A stretch of DNA of 53,713 nucleotides, from IMG/VR virus record IMGVR_UViG_3300012200_000003, positions 1 to 53,713 of that record. One strand, written 5' to 3'. A model generated the notes under the pieces. That model made no database searches. It saw only the letters and a list, made by a program, of their open reading frames with translations, and had not been told where the DNA came from. Position numbers and translations under genes: made by a program. Shown here in pieces: positions 43,162-52,243 of this stretch. This stretch comes from a virus. Each line of letters begins with the position of its first letter. Position 1 is the first letter of the stretch.

Positions 43162-45235
43162 GGAAATCACATTAGAACAAGAACTAAAAAATTTAGATAA
43201 ATGTTTTCAATTAGCTAAATCACGTTACTCATTTAATAAAGAAGATCGTTTTTTATCTAATATAGCTTTACTTTTTGGTGTAAAAATAACAGAAAATAAA
43301 CCAATAGAATTTTCAGATATTTCAATCTTCTATAATCAGTTAGTAATCATAACAAAGGATAAATATGCTAGTAGAAAATTTATTGAAGAAGAAATTAAAG
43401 ATATTAAGATATGTGATGAAGAGAAAAAAATATTGGGCGAAGATATTAAAGAACAAGAAAAGGGAAGATCAGAAATTAGTTCAGTCTTTATTTCGAAATT
43501 CCCAGATCAAATAGCTACATTACTTCATCAGAAAGATGGTTGTGAACAAGAAGAATGCGCAAGACATATATTTAATAAAATTTGGGTAGATGAAGAAAAA
43601 GGTCATCTTTTAAGTGCACAAACAGGAGCCGGTAAAACATATATTCTAGCTTCTATTATCAAGAATCTACTCCATAATAAATTTCTACAAAAATGTAATT
43701 GTATTTCTCCATTACCTATCGTCTATGTAACTAAAGCATCAGTAGTAGAACAAACAGAAAAGGTATTTAAAGATGAATTTAATATAGATACAGTTAATAC
43801 TGTAGTTGTGGTTAATATAGAACTTTTACGTAGTAAATTTGGTAAACTATTTGTAAAAGAACAGGTTAATGTAGTTTCTGGAGTAGAACATATTGAATAT
43901 GTATGGAATGAAAATATATTTCCTTGTCTATTTATTTGGGACGAATGTCAAATATTAGCTAGAGAGGAATCCATTCAATCTAAGATAGCACAAGGAGTTA
44001 ATAGAATAACATCTAGACCAGTATATCAAATATTTGCATCTGCTACTCCATTTTCTAGAGTATATGAAGCTAGGTGTTTTGCTGTATCTACAAGAAGCAC
44101 TTTTAATTTAGGTATTGGTAAAGTAGAATTAACTGATAGAAATTGGAAACAATTTGCAGCTCAAATAGCAGGTTCAGGTGACCCAATGGATTACAATGAA
44201 GCAGCTATAAAAAGACTTGTTTCTCATCTTGATCCTTACATAACAAGAATTAAAAACATTCGTCCAAAACATAAAGCTTTTAATGGAGTTCAGAAAATAC
44301 ATTTTCAAACAAAAGAAGAAAGAGAAGAATATGAGACAGCTTGGGAACGTTATGAGAAAGAAAAAGCAAGACTAGAAGAAGAACAAGAAAAAACAGGAGA
44401 AAATAGTTTTTTCCAAGTATTAGCACAACTTACCATAATGAGAAAAGCAGCAGAAAAATGCAAGCGTTATCATTATGCTGAATTTATGGATAAGACATGG
44501 AAAGCAGGTAAAGCACCAGTTCTTGCATGTTCTTTCAAAGGAACAATTACTTCCACATACAAAATTTTAGTTGAAGACTACAATTGGAAAAGAGAAGATG
44601 TTTCTATTATTTGGGGTGGAAGTATTGAGACTATGAATCTTAAGAAAAAAGTAGCTCTTAAAATGAAAAATAATAAAGAATTTCAAGAATTAACAAAAGC
44701 AGCAGGGATTGATTTACAAGAACTTGGATTTAATCTAGAAAATTTAGAGGAAAAAACAGAAGAACAGCTTGCTTTTGAAAAGTTACATAATCTTCTTACA
44801 CAGAAACCAGAAGAAAGAGAAAAAGAGAAGATGCGCTTTCAAAAACAATTGTCTAAGGCATGTTTCTTTACATTTAAATCAGGTGGAGTGGGACTCTCTT
44901 TACATCATCAATATCAAAAAGCTAGGCCGCGAGAAACTTTATTAACTCCAGTTTATAGTGAAAAGGAATTAGTGCAAGGTTTAGGTAGATGTCCTAGAAT
45001 TACAAGCTTAAGTGACACATATCAATATATGGTATATTACGTAGGTACAGTAGAAGAATCTGTTGCGGCACGTGTAGTTATGAAATTAAGAAATTTAAAA
45101 CATGTTGTAAAGATGAGAGAATCTTGGGAGGACATATTTGTTGGTAAGAAATATAAAGAAACAGAGGGACAAAAAGAATTAATGGATGAGATAGAGGAAG
45201 GTAATACAATGTTAGATTATATTGAGGAGAAATGA
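43148..45235 (+). CDS. SF2 (SNF2-like) helicase
   Basis: Motif I SAQTGAGKTY, motif II FIWDECQ, motif III ASATP, motif V-like SGGVGLSLH, motif VI QGLGRCPR. Confidence 0.75.
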   Translation: MKKAKEITLEQELKNLDKCFQLAKSRYSFNKEDRFLSNIALLFGVKITENKPIEFSDISIFYNQLVIITKDKYASRKFIEEEIKDIKICDEEKKILGEDIKEQEKGRSEISSVFISKFPDQIATLLHQKDGCEQEECARHIFNKIWVDEEKGHLLSAQTGAGKTYILASIIKNLLHNKFLQKCNCISPLPIVYVTKASVVEQTEKVFKDEFNIDTVNTVVVVNIELLRSKFGKLFVKEQVNVVSGVEHIEYVWNENIFPCLFIWDECQILAREESIQSKIAQGVNRITSRPVYQIFASATPFSRVYEARCFAVSTRSTFNLGIGKVELTDRNWKQFAAQIAGSGDPMDYNEAAIKRLVSHLDPYITRIKNIRPKHKAFNGVQKIHFQTKEEREEYETAWERYEKEKARLEEEQEKTGENSFFQVLAQLTIMRKAAEKCKRYHYAEFMDKTWKAGKAPVLACSFKGTITSTYKILVEDYNWKREDVSIIWGGSIETMNLKKKVALKMKNNKEFQELTKAAGIDLQELGFNLENLEEKTEEQLAFEKLHNLLTQKPEEREKEKMRFQKQLSKACFFTFKSGGVGLSLHHQYQKARPRETLLTPVYSEKELVQGLGRCPRITSLSDTYQYMVYYVGTVEESVAARVVMKLRNLKHVVKMRESWEDIFVGKKYKETEGQKELMDEIEEGNTMLDYIEEK

Positions 45236-45426
45236 AAACACTATACAGACTTAAACCAATTTGTGTTGGTAATAATGGAACTATATTTTATAAAATTCAA
45301 ATAAATAAGAAATCTATATTTAAGAAAATTAAATGGATTGATTTTGATAGTGAACTTCTTAGATTAGTAGAAGCAAATAAAGCATTAGAAGAACTTAAAA
45401 ACTTTGAAAAAGAAAATGAAAATTGA
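45232..45426 (+). CDS. Hypothetical protein (64 aa)
   Basis: ATGA coupling. Confidence 0.45.
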   Translation: MKTLYRLKPICVGNNGTIFYKIQINKKSIFKKIKWIDFDSELLRLVEANKALEELKNFEKENEN

Positions 45427-45574
45427 AAAACAATTACAAATAGAAAAAGAATTTTATAAAACTTATATAGATATAAAAAAATATTTAGAAAAAAGATCAC
45501 TAGAAGAACACAGAATAGAAATAAGAACTAAATTATATCTTTTAAGAAATAAAATTCTTTTTAAAATTCTATGA
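45416..45574 (+). CDS. Possible small protein (52 aa)
   Basis: Hand-translated as MKIEKQLQIEKEFYKTYIDIKKY... The stop overlaps the ligase ATG. Confidence 0.3.
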   Translation: MKIEKQLQIEKEFYKTYIDIKKYLEKRSLEEHRIEIRTKLYLLRNKILFKIL

Positions 45575-46467
45575 ATAAACTATTTCGTCCTATGTTGGCA
45601 GCAACTTTAGAAGAATCTGATTTAAAAAACTTAACTTATCCATTAATTCTACAACCCAAATTAGACGGTATTAGATGTGTAATTGTAGAGGGAAAAGTAT
45701 TAAGTAGAAAATTAAAACCAATTCCTAATAGATACATTAGAGCTTCTTTAGAAAGGTTTGAGTTTCTTAAAAAAAATCCAGTTTTAATAGATGGTGAACT
45801 AATTATAGAAGGAGATAATTTTAATGAAATTCAATCTTCTGTTATGTCAGAAGAAGGTATTCCACCATTTACTTATAAAGTATTTGATTGTTTACTTGAA
45901 TGGAATTCTCAACCATATGAACAAAGAATGACACATAATTTATCTTATTTATATCATCCTAATATAGAATTTTTAAATTCAGCTATAGTTCATAATCTAG
46001 AAGAACTTCTAGAGTGGGAAACTTATATACTAAAAGATAATTATGAAGGAATAATTATTAGATCATTAGATGCACCATATAAGTTTGGAAGATCTACATT
46101 AAGAGAACAAGGATTAATGAAATTTAAAAGATTTCAAGATAGTGAGGCTGTTATACTTAGTTCTAACGCTTTTCTAAGTAATGCTAACCCAAATGAATTA
46201 GATAATTTAGGTTTAACTAAACATAGCTCAGCGAAAGCTAATTTAATACCTGAAAATAAGTTAGGATCTTTTATAGTTAGAGATTGTAATAAAGATTCTC
46301 CTTTCTATCAAATAATATTTGCTTTAGGGACTGGTTTCACTGAAGAACAAAGAAAGAAATTTTGGTTTCAAAATATGAAAGGAAAAATAATTAAATACAA
46401 ATATCAAAAATTTGGTAGTAAGAATGCTCCGCGCATTCCTGTTTTTATTGGATTTAGAGAGGATTAA
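45571..46467 (+). CDS. ATP-dependent DNA ligase
   Basis: Adenylation motif I KLDGIR, motif IV EGIIIR, motif V LMKFKRF. Size is T7-ligase-like. Confidence 0.85.
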   Translation: MNKLFRPMLAATLEESDLKNLTYPLILQPKLDGIRCVIVEGKVLSRKLKPIPNRYIRASLERFEFLKKNPVLIDGELIIEGDNFNEIQSSVMSEEGIPPFTYKVFDCLLEWNSQPYEQRMTHNLSYLYHPNIEFLNSAIVHNLEELLEWETYILKDNYEGIIIRSLDAPYKFGRSTLREQGLMKFKRFQDSEAVILSSNAFLSNANPNELDNLGLTKHSSAKANLIPENKLGSFIVRDCNKDSPFYQIIFALGTGFTEEQRKKFWFQNMKGKIIKYKYQKFGSKNAPRIPVFIGFRED

Positions 46468-46470
46468 TAT

Positions 46471-46704
46471 ATGAGTGAATTAACACAATGTAATTATTGT
46501 AGTCTAGAAGATACAAAATACCAAGCAAGAAAAAGTAAAATGAAAATTACTATGTTACCTTCTACAAGATCAGAAGGTTTGGAAGGAATAGATATTTATA
46601 TTCATCCAAAAGAAGTTAGATTAAAAAATCCTATTTCAGAGGGAGACCATAAAAAATATTTCAAATCTTGGATGTGGGAAATAACAGATCATTGTGTATG
46701 TTAA
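46471..46704 (+). CDS. Hypothetical protein (77 aa)
   Basis: ORF track. Confidence 0.5.
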   Translation: MSELTQCNYCSLEDTKYQARKSKMKITMLPSTRSEGLEGIDIYIHPKEVRLKNPISEGDHKKYFKSWMWEITDHCVC

Positions 46705-46913
46705 AAGCTGAAGATATATTATTTAATAGTTTATGTGAGTTGTTTGAATGGCAAGAAGGAATTACTCTAGGAGGCAGATATTGGTGTTGCGATGATAAGA
46801 TAATACATTCAAAAGAGGAACTATGTGAATATTTATTTAATGAAATAAGAATTATTAAACAAAAAAAAATAGAACTCCAAAAAGAATTAATTTTATTAAA
46901 ATATGGCAAATAA
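46668..46913 (+). CDS. Hypothetical protein (81 aa)
   Basis: ORF track; overlaps its neighbours. Confidence 0.4.
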   Translation: MDVGNNRSLCMLKAEDILFNSLCELFEWQEGITLGGRYWCCDDKIIHSKEELCEYLFNEIRIIKQKKIELQKELILLKYGK

Positions 46914-47745
46914 TAATGAAAGTCTAAAAGCTCTAGCATCACAAGCTAAGCTTGATCCAGCATTCAGAAAAATGCTTATAGAATCTGGTAATGAATCTCT
47001 AGTAAGAGACTTAGATGAAGTTTCAGATAAAACAAATACAGAAGTTTGGTTAAATAAGTTTATTACAAACAATTCTAAAATGATAGAATTAAAAGAACAT
47101 GTTAGAAAATTAGCCCCATTAAATGATCCAATTTTGATATTTGGTGAGACTGGAACAGGAAAAGAATTACTTGCTCATGCTCTTCACGGCGAACGTAAAG
47201 GAAAATTTATAGCAATTAATTGTGCTGGTTTACCAGAACATCTTGTAGAATCTGAATTATTTGGGCATGATAAGAATTCTTTTACTGGTGCTCTTAAAGA
47301 TAAAACTGGATTAATGGAAGAAGCACAAGATGGAACTATTTTTCTGGATGAAATAGGTGATCTAGCTATGCCAATGCAAGCTAAATTATTAAGAGCAATA
47401 CAGGAGAAGAAAATAAGAAAAGTAGGTTCTAATGAAGAGCGTCTTATAAACTGTAGAGTTGTAAGTGCTACACATAGAGATTTAGAATTTTGGGTTCAGC
47501 TTGATAAATTTAGAGAAGACCTTTTCTATCGGATTTCTACTTTTATACTTAAGCCATCAAGTTTAAAACAAAGAAGTGGCGACATAAGTAAAATTATAGA
47601 ATCTTTAGATAAAGAAGAACAAGAAATTGAAGATTATGAAGAGTTTTCATCTTTAATTGATCCTAGTAAATTGAGTGGCAATGTTAGAAGTCTCCAGCAA
47701 ATCTATAGAAGATATATAATCTTAGGAACAAAACCACACGAATAG
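46903..47745 (+). CDS. Sigma-54-dependent transcriptional activator homologue (bEBP AAA+ core only; no receiver domain, no C-terminal HTH)
   Basis: Walker A GETGTGKE; GAFTGA-loop region ESELFGHDKNSFTGA; Walker B TIFLDEIGD; QAKLLRAIQEKKIRKVGS; RVVSATHRDL; FREDLFYRIS; sensor II GNVRSLQQ. The protein ends 16 aa after sensor II. Confidence 0.85.
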   Translation: MANNNESLKALASQAKLDPAFRKMLIESGNESLVRDLDEVSDKTNTEVWLNKFITNNSKMIELKEHVRKLAPLNDPILIFGETGTGKELLAHALHGERKGKFIAINCAGLPEHLVESELFGHDKNSFTGALKDKTGLMEEAQDGTIFLDEIGDLAMPMQAKLLRAIQEKKIRKVGSNEERLINCRVVSATHRDLEFWVQLDKFREDLFYRISTFILKPSSLKQRSGDISKIIESLDKEEQEIEDYEEFSSLIDPSKLSGNVRSLQQIYRRYIILGTKPHE

Positions 47746-47748
47746 AAT

Positions 47749-47934
47749 ATGAAAACACGTGAAGAAATATTAAAAATATTCGATACAGTAGAAAAGCATT
47801 TTACAAAAACTTTATTTGATATAGAAAAATATTTAGATGATAAGAATATTCCAGTTGAAAATTATAAAAAAGATATTACAGAAAAGTTAAATAAATTAGG
47901 AAATGATCTCTTAGAAAGTTTAATAAAATTGTAA
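47749..47934 (+). CDS. Hypothetical protein (61 aa)
   Basis: ORF track. Confidence 0.5.
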   Translation: MKTREEILKIFDTVEKHFTKTLFDIEKYLDDKNIPVENYKKDITEKLNKLGNDLLESLIKL

Positions 47935-47955
47935 TTTTTTAATATTAAAATAGGT

Positions 47956-47970
47956 TGGCACGAATCTTGC
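47956..47970 (+). promoter_or_regulatory. Sigma-54 (-24/-12) promoter P4
   Basis: ggTTGGCACGAATCTTGCTTATAT. 53 nt upstream of the ATG at 48023. Confidence 0.75.
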
Positions 47971-48022
47971 TTATATTATTTTGTCAATTTGCGCTTTTCA
48001 CTAGCTATACAATAGTATAATT

Positions 48023-48670
48023 ATGTCTGAAGAACCAATAAACAATGCAAGTAATGAACAATTAAAATGTGTTATTGAAGGCTTTAAAGATTTAATCAAA
48101 GCAAATCCAAAACTACAAAAAAAGATTTTGAAATCTACTGAAGAACGAAGTAGTGGAAACTATTATAATAAAGGAGACGCAGAAAAGTTAAAACCATTTC
48201 TAGATGAAATGATAATTGATGGTGAACCAAGAGAGTTTCGTTTTTCTGATTATCCACAATGGAGTCCTAACACAGTTTGGCTTAAAATAAACCAAGCTAT
48301 AAAATATATAGTAGATAATCTAGATGATAATGAGAAGAAATATGCTTTCTTCAGAAACAAACTAAAAATTTGTAAAACAGAAACAGGAGTATTACTTAAG
48401 ATAGTAGATTCTCCTACTATAAATGGTTGGATCGCGCATAAGGTTTCTAATCTAGAAAATTCAAAAGTATTAGAAACTTACAAAGATCAAGTATTTCATT
48501 TTATGGAAACAAGTTCTGAGGGAGAAGAACTAGATATAAAGGATTTAAATATAGATGAAGAAGAAGTGAGTAAAATGAAAACTCTATTAGATCCAAGTCC
48601 AATTTTCGCAGCTTTTGTTTCACAAAATAGAATTAAAGTAGTTCATTTAGCTAAAGATCAAATAGAATGA
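48023..48670 (+). CDS. Hypothetical protein (215 aa)
   Basis: 53 nt downstream of promoter P4. Confidence 0.55.
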   Translation: MSEEPINNASNEQLKCVIEGFKDLIKANPKLQKKILKSTEERSSGNYYNKGDAEKLKPFLDEMIIDGEPREFRFSDYPQWSPNTVWLKINQAIKYIVDNLDDNEKKYAFFRNKLKICKTETGVLLKIVDSPTINGWIAHKVSNLENSKVLETYKDQVFHFMETSSEGEELDIKDLNIDEEEVSKMKTLLDPSPIFAAFVSQNRIKVVHLAKDQIE

Positions 48671-48810
48671 AAACATTAGATGAATTAAAAGAAGATTTTG
48701 CTATTGCAATGGATTATGGAGATTTTTACGTAGCTTCAGAAATAGTAGAAGAAATAAAACGACTAGAAGAACAAGAAATAAATGAAAACATCAAAAGAAA
48801 AATTCATTAA
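48667..48810 (+). CDS. Possible small acidic protein (47 aa)
   Basis: Hand-translated as MKTLDELKEDFAIAMDYGDFYVASEIVEEIKRLEEQ... ATGA coupling upstream. Confidence 0.3.
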   Translation: MKTLDELKEDFAIAMDYGDFYVASEIVEEIKRLEEQEINENIKRKIH

Positions 48811-49102
48811 ATGGGTAGAAGGTTTACCAGAAGATATAAAAATAAATTATTCAGATAATTTTAATTGTGTTATTTGTCAGTTTATGAAAGATACTACAGG
48901 AATAACAGAAATTAGTGCTGGACGTTCTTATTATAGAACACCATTAGATTCCCATGAAAGAATTCCAGTAGATCAGCAAATACTTAACATTCTGTATTTA
49001 TCTAAAGTAAAAGATGAGAATAATAATTTTTTATTTTCTAATATAATTACAAAACCTAGATTATTGAATGCTATAAAACAAAATGAAAATACAAATCCTT
49101 AA
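48782..49102 (+). CDS. Hypothetical protein (106 aa)
   Basis: ORF track. Confidence 0.5.
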   Translation: MKTSKEKFIKWVEGLPEDIKINYSDNFNCVICQFMKDTTGITEISAGRSYYRTPLDSHERIPVDQQILNILYLSKVKDENNNFLFSNIITKPRLLNAIKQNENTNP

Positions 49103-49373
49103 GTATTGGAGAGTTGGTGAAGATAAAAAATCATTAATTCTTCTTCCATCTAAAGTAGGACTAGAAATTATAAAAAAAGTTTTAGATGATAAGAAAATAT
49201 CTTATATAGAAGGAATTGAAAAAATAGATAAAGCAAGTCTAATCTGTCTTGTAATAAAATTAAACTCACCTATTAAATTTATAGAATATAGAATTAATAT
49301 TGTTGGAGTTTCCTTATACACTTATATGGAAAATGAAGAAAAATTCTATCTAAGATTTCCTTTTGAAATATGA
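49083..49373 (+). CDS. Hypothetical protein (96 aa)
   Basis: ORF track. Confidence 0.5.
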   Translation: MKIQILKYWRVGEDKKSLILLPSKVGLEIIKKVLDDKKISYIEGIEKIDKASLICLVIKLNSPIKFIEYRINIVGVSLYTYMENEEKFYLRFPFEI

Positions 49374-49594
49374 CCATAGAACAATTATTAGAGTGCTCAG
49401 CAGAAAAATTAGAAGCTATGTCTGATTCAGAATTAAATTCTTATTTATCACCATATTTTAATATAACTCGTCCTGAACTACAAGTTAAAACTGAGCATAC
49501 TATTAAAGGATCAAAGCAAGCTAATATGGAATTAAATATAAAATTAAATCAAGCTCGCGCAATTGCTAAGAGCTTTGGGATTGAGTTACCATGA
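49370..49594 (+). CDS. Hypothetical protein (74 aa)
   Basis: ATGA coupling. Confidence 0.5.
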   Translation: MTIEQLLECSAEKLEAMSDSELNSYLSPYFNITRPELQVKTEHTIKGSKQANMELNIKLNQARAIAKSFGIELP

Positions 49595-49800
49595 CAACAG
49601 AAACAATAAAAGCTTATCTAGTAGATACAAAGTGTCCTATATTAATTTGTCTTTCAGATGGAAGAAAATTTATCGTAGCACATCAAGATTTTTTAATATT
49701 TCATCCAGTGGGTGATGGTATATTTCTCTTTCAATCAACTGGATATTATATAGTCTTAAATAAAAATCATATAACTTCTTTAGAAAAATCTTATGTCTGA
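49591..49800 (+). CDS. Small beta-rich protein, paralogue family member 4 of 5
   Basis: CPILICLSDGRKFIVAHQDFLIFHP...ITSLE matches the family pattern. Confidence 0.6.
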   Translation: MTTETIKAYLVDTKCPILICLSDGRKFIVAHQDFLIFHPVGDGIFLFQSTGYYIVLNKNHITSLEKSYV

Positions 49801-50848
49801 TAAATTACTTCTAATGTTAGATGCTTCTGCTTTTTCTAATTCTTCTTGTATTCTTAGATTATTTAATACTGTTGTAGAAGGCTATAAACAAAAATTAGAA
49901 AATAATGATATCTGTTTCGGTACTGCATTCCATATCTTCAGAAAAATATTTAGAGAAAAGGGAGAACAAGGAGTTGCAGAAGGAATAAATAAAGCAAAAG
50001 AATATTTTATAAATACTCCGATGATAGAGAAGTATAATAAAAAATATCTTACCCCAGTTTTCTTAATGAGAATATGTATAGAGTATGCAGAAAAATATGC
50101 AAAAGATTCTTTTAAGCCTATTAGAATAAAAATTAAGAAAAAAATAAAAAATTTAACCAAAGAACAATTAGAAAGTCTTAATGAAGCTACTAAAACATAC
50201 TTACTTTGTTCCGATAATTCAGAACATGAAGTTGAAATAGAAGAATCTCTATTAGAAATCAAAGGCGCTTTTCCATATTATGTAGATGATGATATGGAAA
50301 TCTTAATGGCATTTACTATGGATGAAATAGGAAAACAAGAAAACGGAATAGTATCTATAATGGATGCAAAAACTACATCTATGTGGGATATAAAATCTTA
50401 TTTTCAATCTTTTGAATTATCTCCACAATTACGATTTTATAAATGGAGCTTATTTAAATATGCAGAAGCTTATCCAGAATCTTTTATTGGAAAACTATGT
50501 GAAGATATAATAGGTTGTCAAATAGATGGAATATTCTATAAAGGAGCAGATAAAGAAGTAGAATATAAACGATCTGAAGTTATGTTATTTTCTGATGATC
50601 CTAAAATGGAAGAATTTGATAAATTAGTAGAAAGAAAAGTATTTAAATTAATAGATTCAATTAAATTATGGAGATCTAGTAATAGACTTCCATTGCGCGA
50701 AGGAATTTTAAATGGCTCATGCGAAACTAAGTATGGAAAATGTGATTTTTCTCAATCATGCGCAGCAGTAGATGAAACTACAAGGAATGTAATATTAGAC
50801 TATAATTTTATTAAAAAACACTATAATCCACTTGAATTCAATTCTTGA
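49793..50848 (+). CDS. PD-(D/E)XK nuclease with a Cys cluster (Cas4/RecB-like exonuclease)
   Basis: IVSIMDAKTT (D-x-K core). One N-terminal Cys plus the C-terminal cluster C-x6-C-x5-C (GSCETKYGKCDFSQSC). Confidence 0.55.
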   Translation: MSDKLLLMLDASAFSNSSCILRLFNTVVEGYKQKLENNDICFGTAFHIFRKIFREKGEQGVAEGINKAKEYFINTPMIEKYNKKYLTPVFLMRICIEYAEKYAKDSFKPIRIKIKKKIKNLTKEQLESLNEATKTYLLCSDNSEHEVEIEESLLEIKGAFPYYVDDDMEILMAFTMDEIGKQENGIVSIMDAKTTSMWDIKSYFQSFELSPQLRFYKWSLFKYAEAYPESFIGKLCEDIIGCQIDGIFYKGADKEVEYKRSEVMLFSDDPKMEEFDKLVERKVFKLIDSIKLWRSSNRLPLREGILNGSCETKYGKCDFSQSCAAVDETTRNVILDYNFIKKHYNPLEFNS

Positions 50849-50876
50849 CAGAAGAGGTAAGATTAAAAGAATAATT

Positions 50877-51062
50877 ATGTCAGAGATAAAAAATAATCCA
50901 GAAAAACTGGAATATTTTTATATAAATAGAGAAGGAATTAAAATAAAAGTTTTTCCACTTTTTGGAATTTTAGATAATATTTTCATCTATTGTTTAGATT
51001 TAACGAAAGGTGGTAATATAACAATTCATAGAAGTAAACTAGAATGGGAAAATAAAAAATGA
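50877..51062 (+). CDS. Hypothetical protein (61 aa; start moved to the ATG, since the track used a TTG at 50832)
   Basis: An AGAGG-like RBS lies upstream of the ATG. Confidence 0.45.
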   Translation: MSEIKNNPEKLEYFYINREGIKIKVFPLFGILDNIFIYCLDLTKGGNITIHRSKLEWENKK

Positions 51063-51298
51063 AGCTTTTAACTCTAACACAAGCAAGGATTGAGAATGAG
51101 AGTGAGCCTAAAGTAATTTCTGTTGCTGAGATTGCAATTAACATAGAAGATATTGTTATTATTCATCCAGTAATGGATAGATATGATTGTCTTATAAAAA
51201 ATGTTACTGGAATAAAATTAAGACAAGGTGATGGATTCTATATAATTGGTTCTTTTAAGGAAACAATGGAAGTAATAGAACAAAATATAGTTATATGA
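51059..51298 (+). CDS. Hypothetical protein (79 aa)
   Basis: ATGA coupling. Confidence 0.5.
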   Translation: MKLLTLTQARIENESEPKVISVAEIAINIEDIVIIHPVMDRYDCLIKNVTGIKLRQGDGFYIIGSFKETMEVIEQNIVI

Positions 51299-51459
51299 TA
51301 ATAGTTGTATCAAATCAATGGAAATTCCCAATAACTGATTTTGATTTATTTAGTTTTGGAATAAGTTATTTTGGTAGATATGATTACCTTAAAATATATT
51401 GGTCTATACATTTAATAATTTTTGGATTTATTTTAATAATAAAGAAAACTCTAAAATAA
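51295..51459 (+). CDS. Possible small membrane protein (54 aa)
   Basis: Hand-translated as MIIVVSNQWKFPITDFDLFSFGISYFGRYDYLKIYWSIHLIIFGFILIIKKTLK. ATGA coupling upstream. Confidence 0.3.
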   Translation: MIIVVSNQWKFPITDFDLFSFGISYFGRYDYLKIYWSIHLIIFGFILIIKKTLK

Positions 51460-51460
51460 T

Positions 51461-52243
51461 ATGCACATTCCTGAGAAATCACTTAATTTAAAAGATACTC
51501 TAATGGGTCAAATTAGACTTGGACTTTGTGGCGAGCCTGCTACTGGAAAAACAACATCTGCTCTAACTTTTCCAAATGTTATAGTTGCAGACTTTGATGG
51601 TGGTCTTACTAGATTTTCGGGAGAAAATATTATTTTTATTCCATTTTATGACGAAGAATGGGTATGTAATTTTGGATTTAAACCAACTAAACCTAGAGCT
51701 ACAGCTAATAGAAGAGATGCTTTTCTTAAATTTCTAGAAGAAGATGTTCTTAAAATGAGTAATGAACAAACACTACTTCTTGATAGTTGGACAGCACTGC
51801 AAAATGCTTTTGATTTACAGCAAGATACTGATCCACCTAAAGTAACAAAGGAAGGTAAAACAGACGACTATTATTTTTGGCAGAAAAAAATAGAATACTG
51901 CGAAAAAATAGTTGTTCGTCTTAAAGCATGTAAATGTCATGTTGTAGTAACATTCCATGAGGATAAAGTAAGAGATAAAAACACAGGACAACTTTTAGAT
52001 AAGATAGCACCACTTATGCAAGGGAAGTTCGTAGCTCAACTTAAGTCTCATTTTACTGATTTTTTCCATATGATTTGTGAAGAAGAAAAAAATAAAGATG
52101 GAATAGTAACAAAATGTTCTTATTGGTGGCAAGTAGCCAGTAATAATAGAGTAGATATTAAAACAAGATTAAAATTTCCAGAAGGAACATTTAAAATAGA
52201 GCCACATTTTAAGATATTTGAACAATACAAAAATAAAATATGA
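51461..52243 (+). CDS. Sak4-like (AAA_24) RecA-fold ATPase
   Basis: IRLGLCGEPATGKTTSALTFPNVIVADFDGG and LLLDSWTAL are typical of this family. Confidence 0.55.
   Translation: MHIPEKSLNLKDTLMGQIRLGLCGEPATGKTTSALTFPNVIVADFDGGLTRFSGENIIFIPFYDEEWVCNFGFKPTKPRATANRRDAFLKFLEEDVLKMSNEQTLLLDSWTALQNAFDLQQDTDPPKVTKEGKTDDYYFWQKKIEYCEKIVVRLKACKCHVVVTFHEDKVRDKNTGQLLDKIAPLMQGKFVAQLKSHFTDFFHMICEEEKNKDGIVTKCSYWWQVASNNRVDIKTRLKFPEGTFKIEPHFKIFEQYKNKI

Noticed and set aside
48016-48021. TATAAT immediately before the ATG at 48023
   Set aside because: It is only 1 nt from the start codon, too close to serve as a -10 element for that gene. P4 upstream is the better candidate.
1047-50262. Track ORFs lying inside or antisense to longer, better-supported genes: 1047..1373, 1479..1667, 2537..2869, 8173..8355, 10914..11354, 12292..12477, 14932..15213, 17009..17191, 21921..22139, 24681..24863, 26183..26365, 26505..26774, 27039..27281, 27070..27297, 27393..27596, 29890..30180, 30809..30994, 32241..32477, 32618..32929, 33704..33934, 38805..39038, 39408..39611, 40911..41123, 41105..41317, 45297..45500, 46661..46942, 49882..50262
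   Set aside because: They are shadow ORFs of the kind expected in AT-rich DNA. Their translations are low-complexity and Leu/Ile/Phe/Ser-rich. They break the strict strand polarity of the two arms and overlap genes with recognisable motifs or translational coupling.
51059-51298. A sixth member of the small paralogue family
   Set aside because: The size is similar, but it lacks the F..F.I...DG....I.H.D core. The similarity is not convincing by eye.
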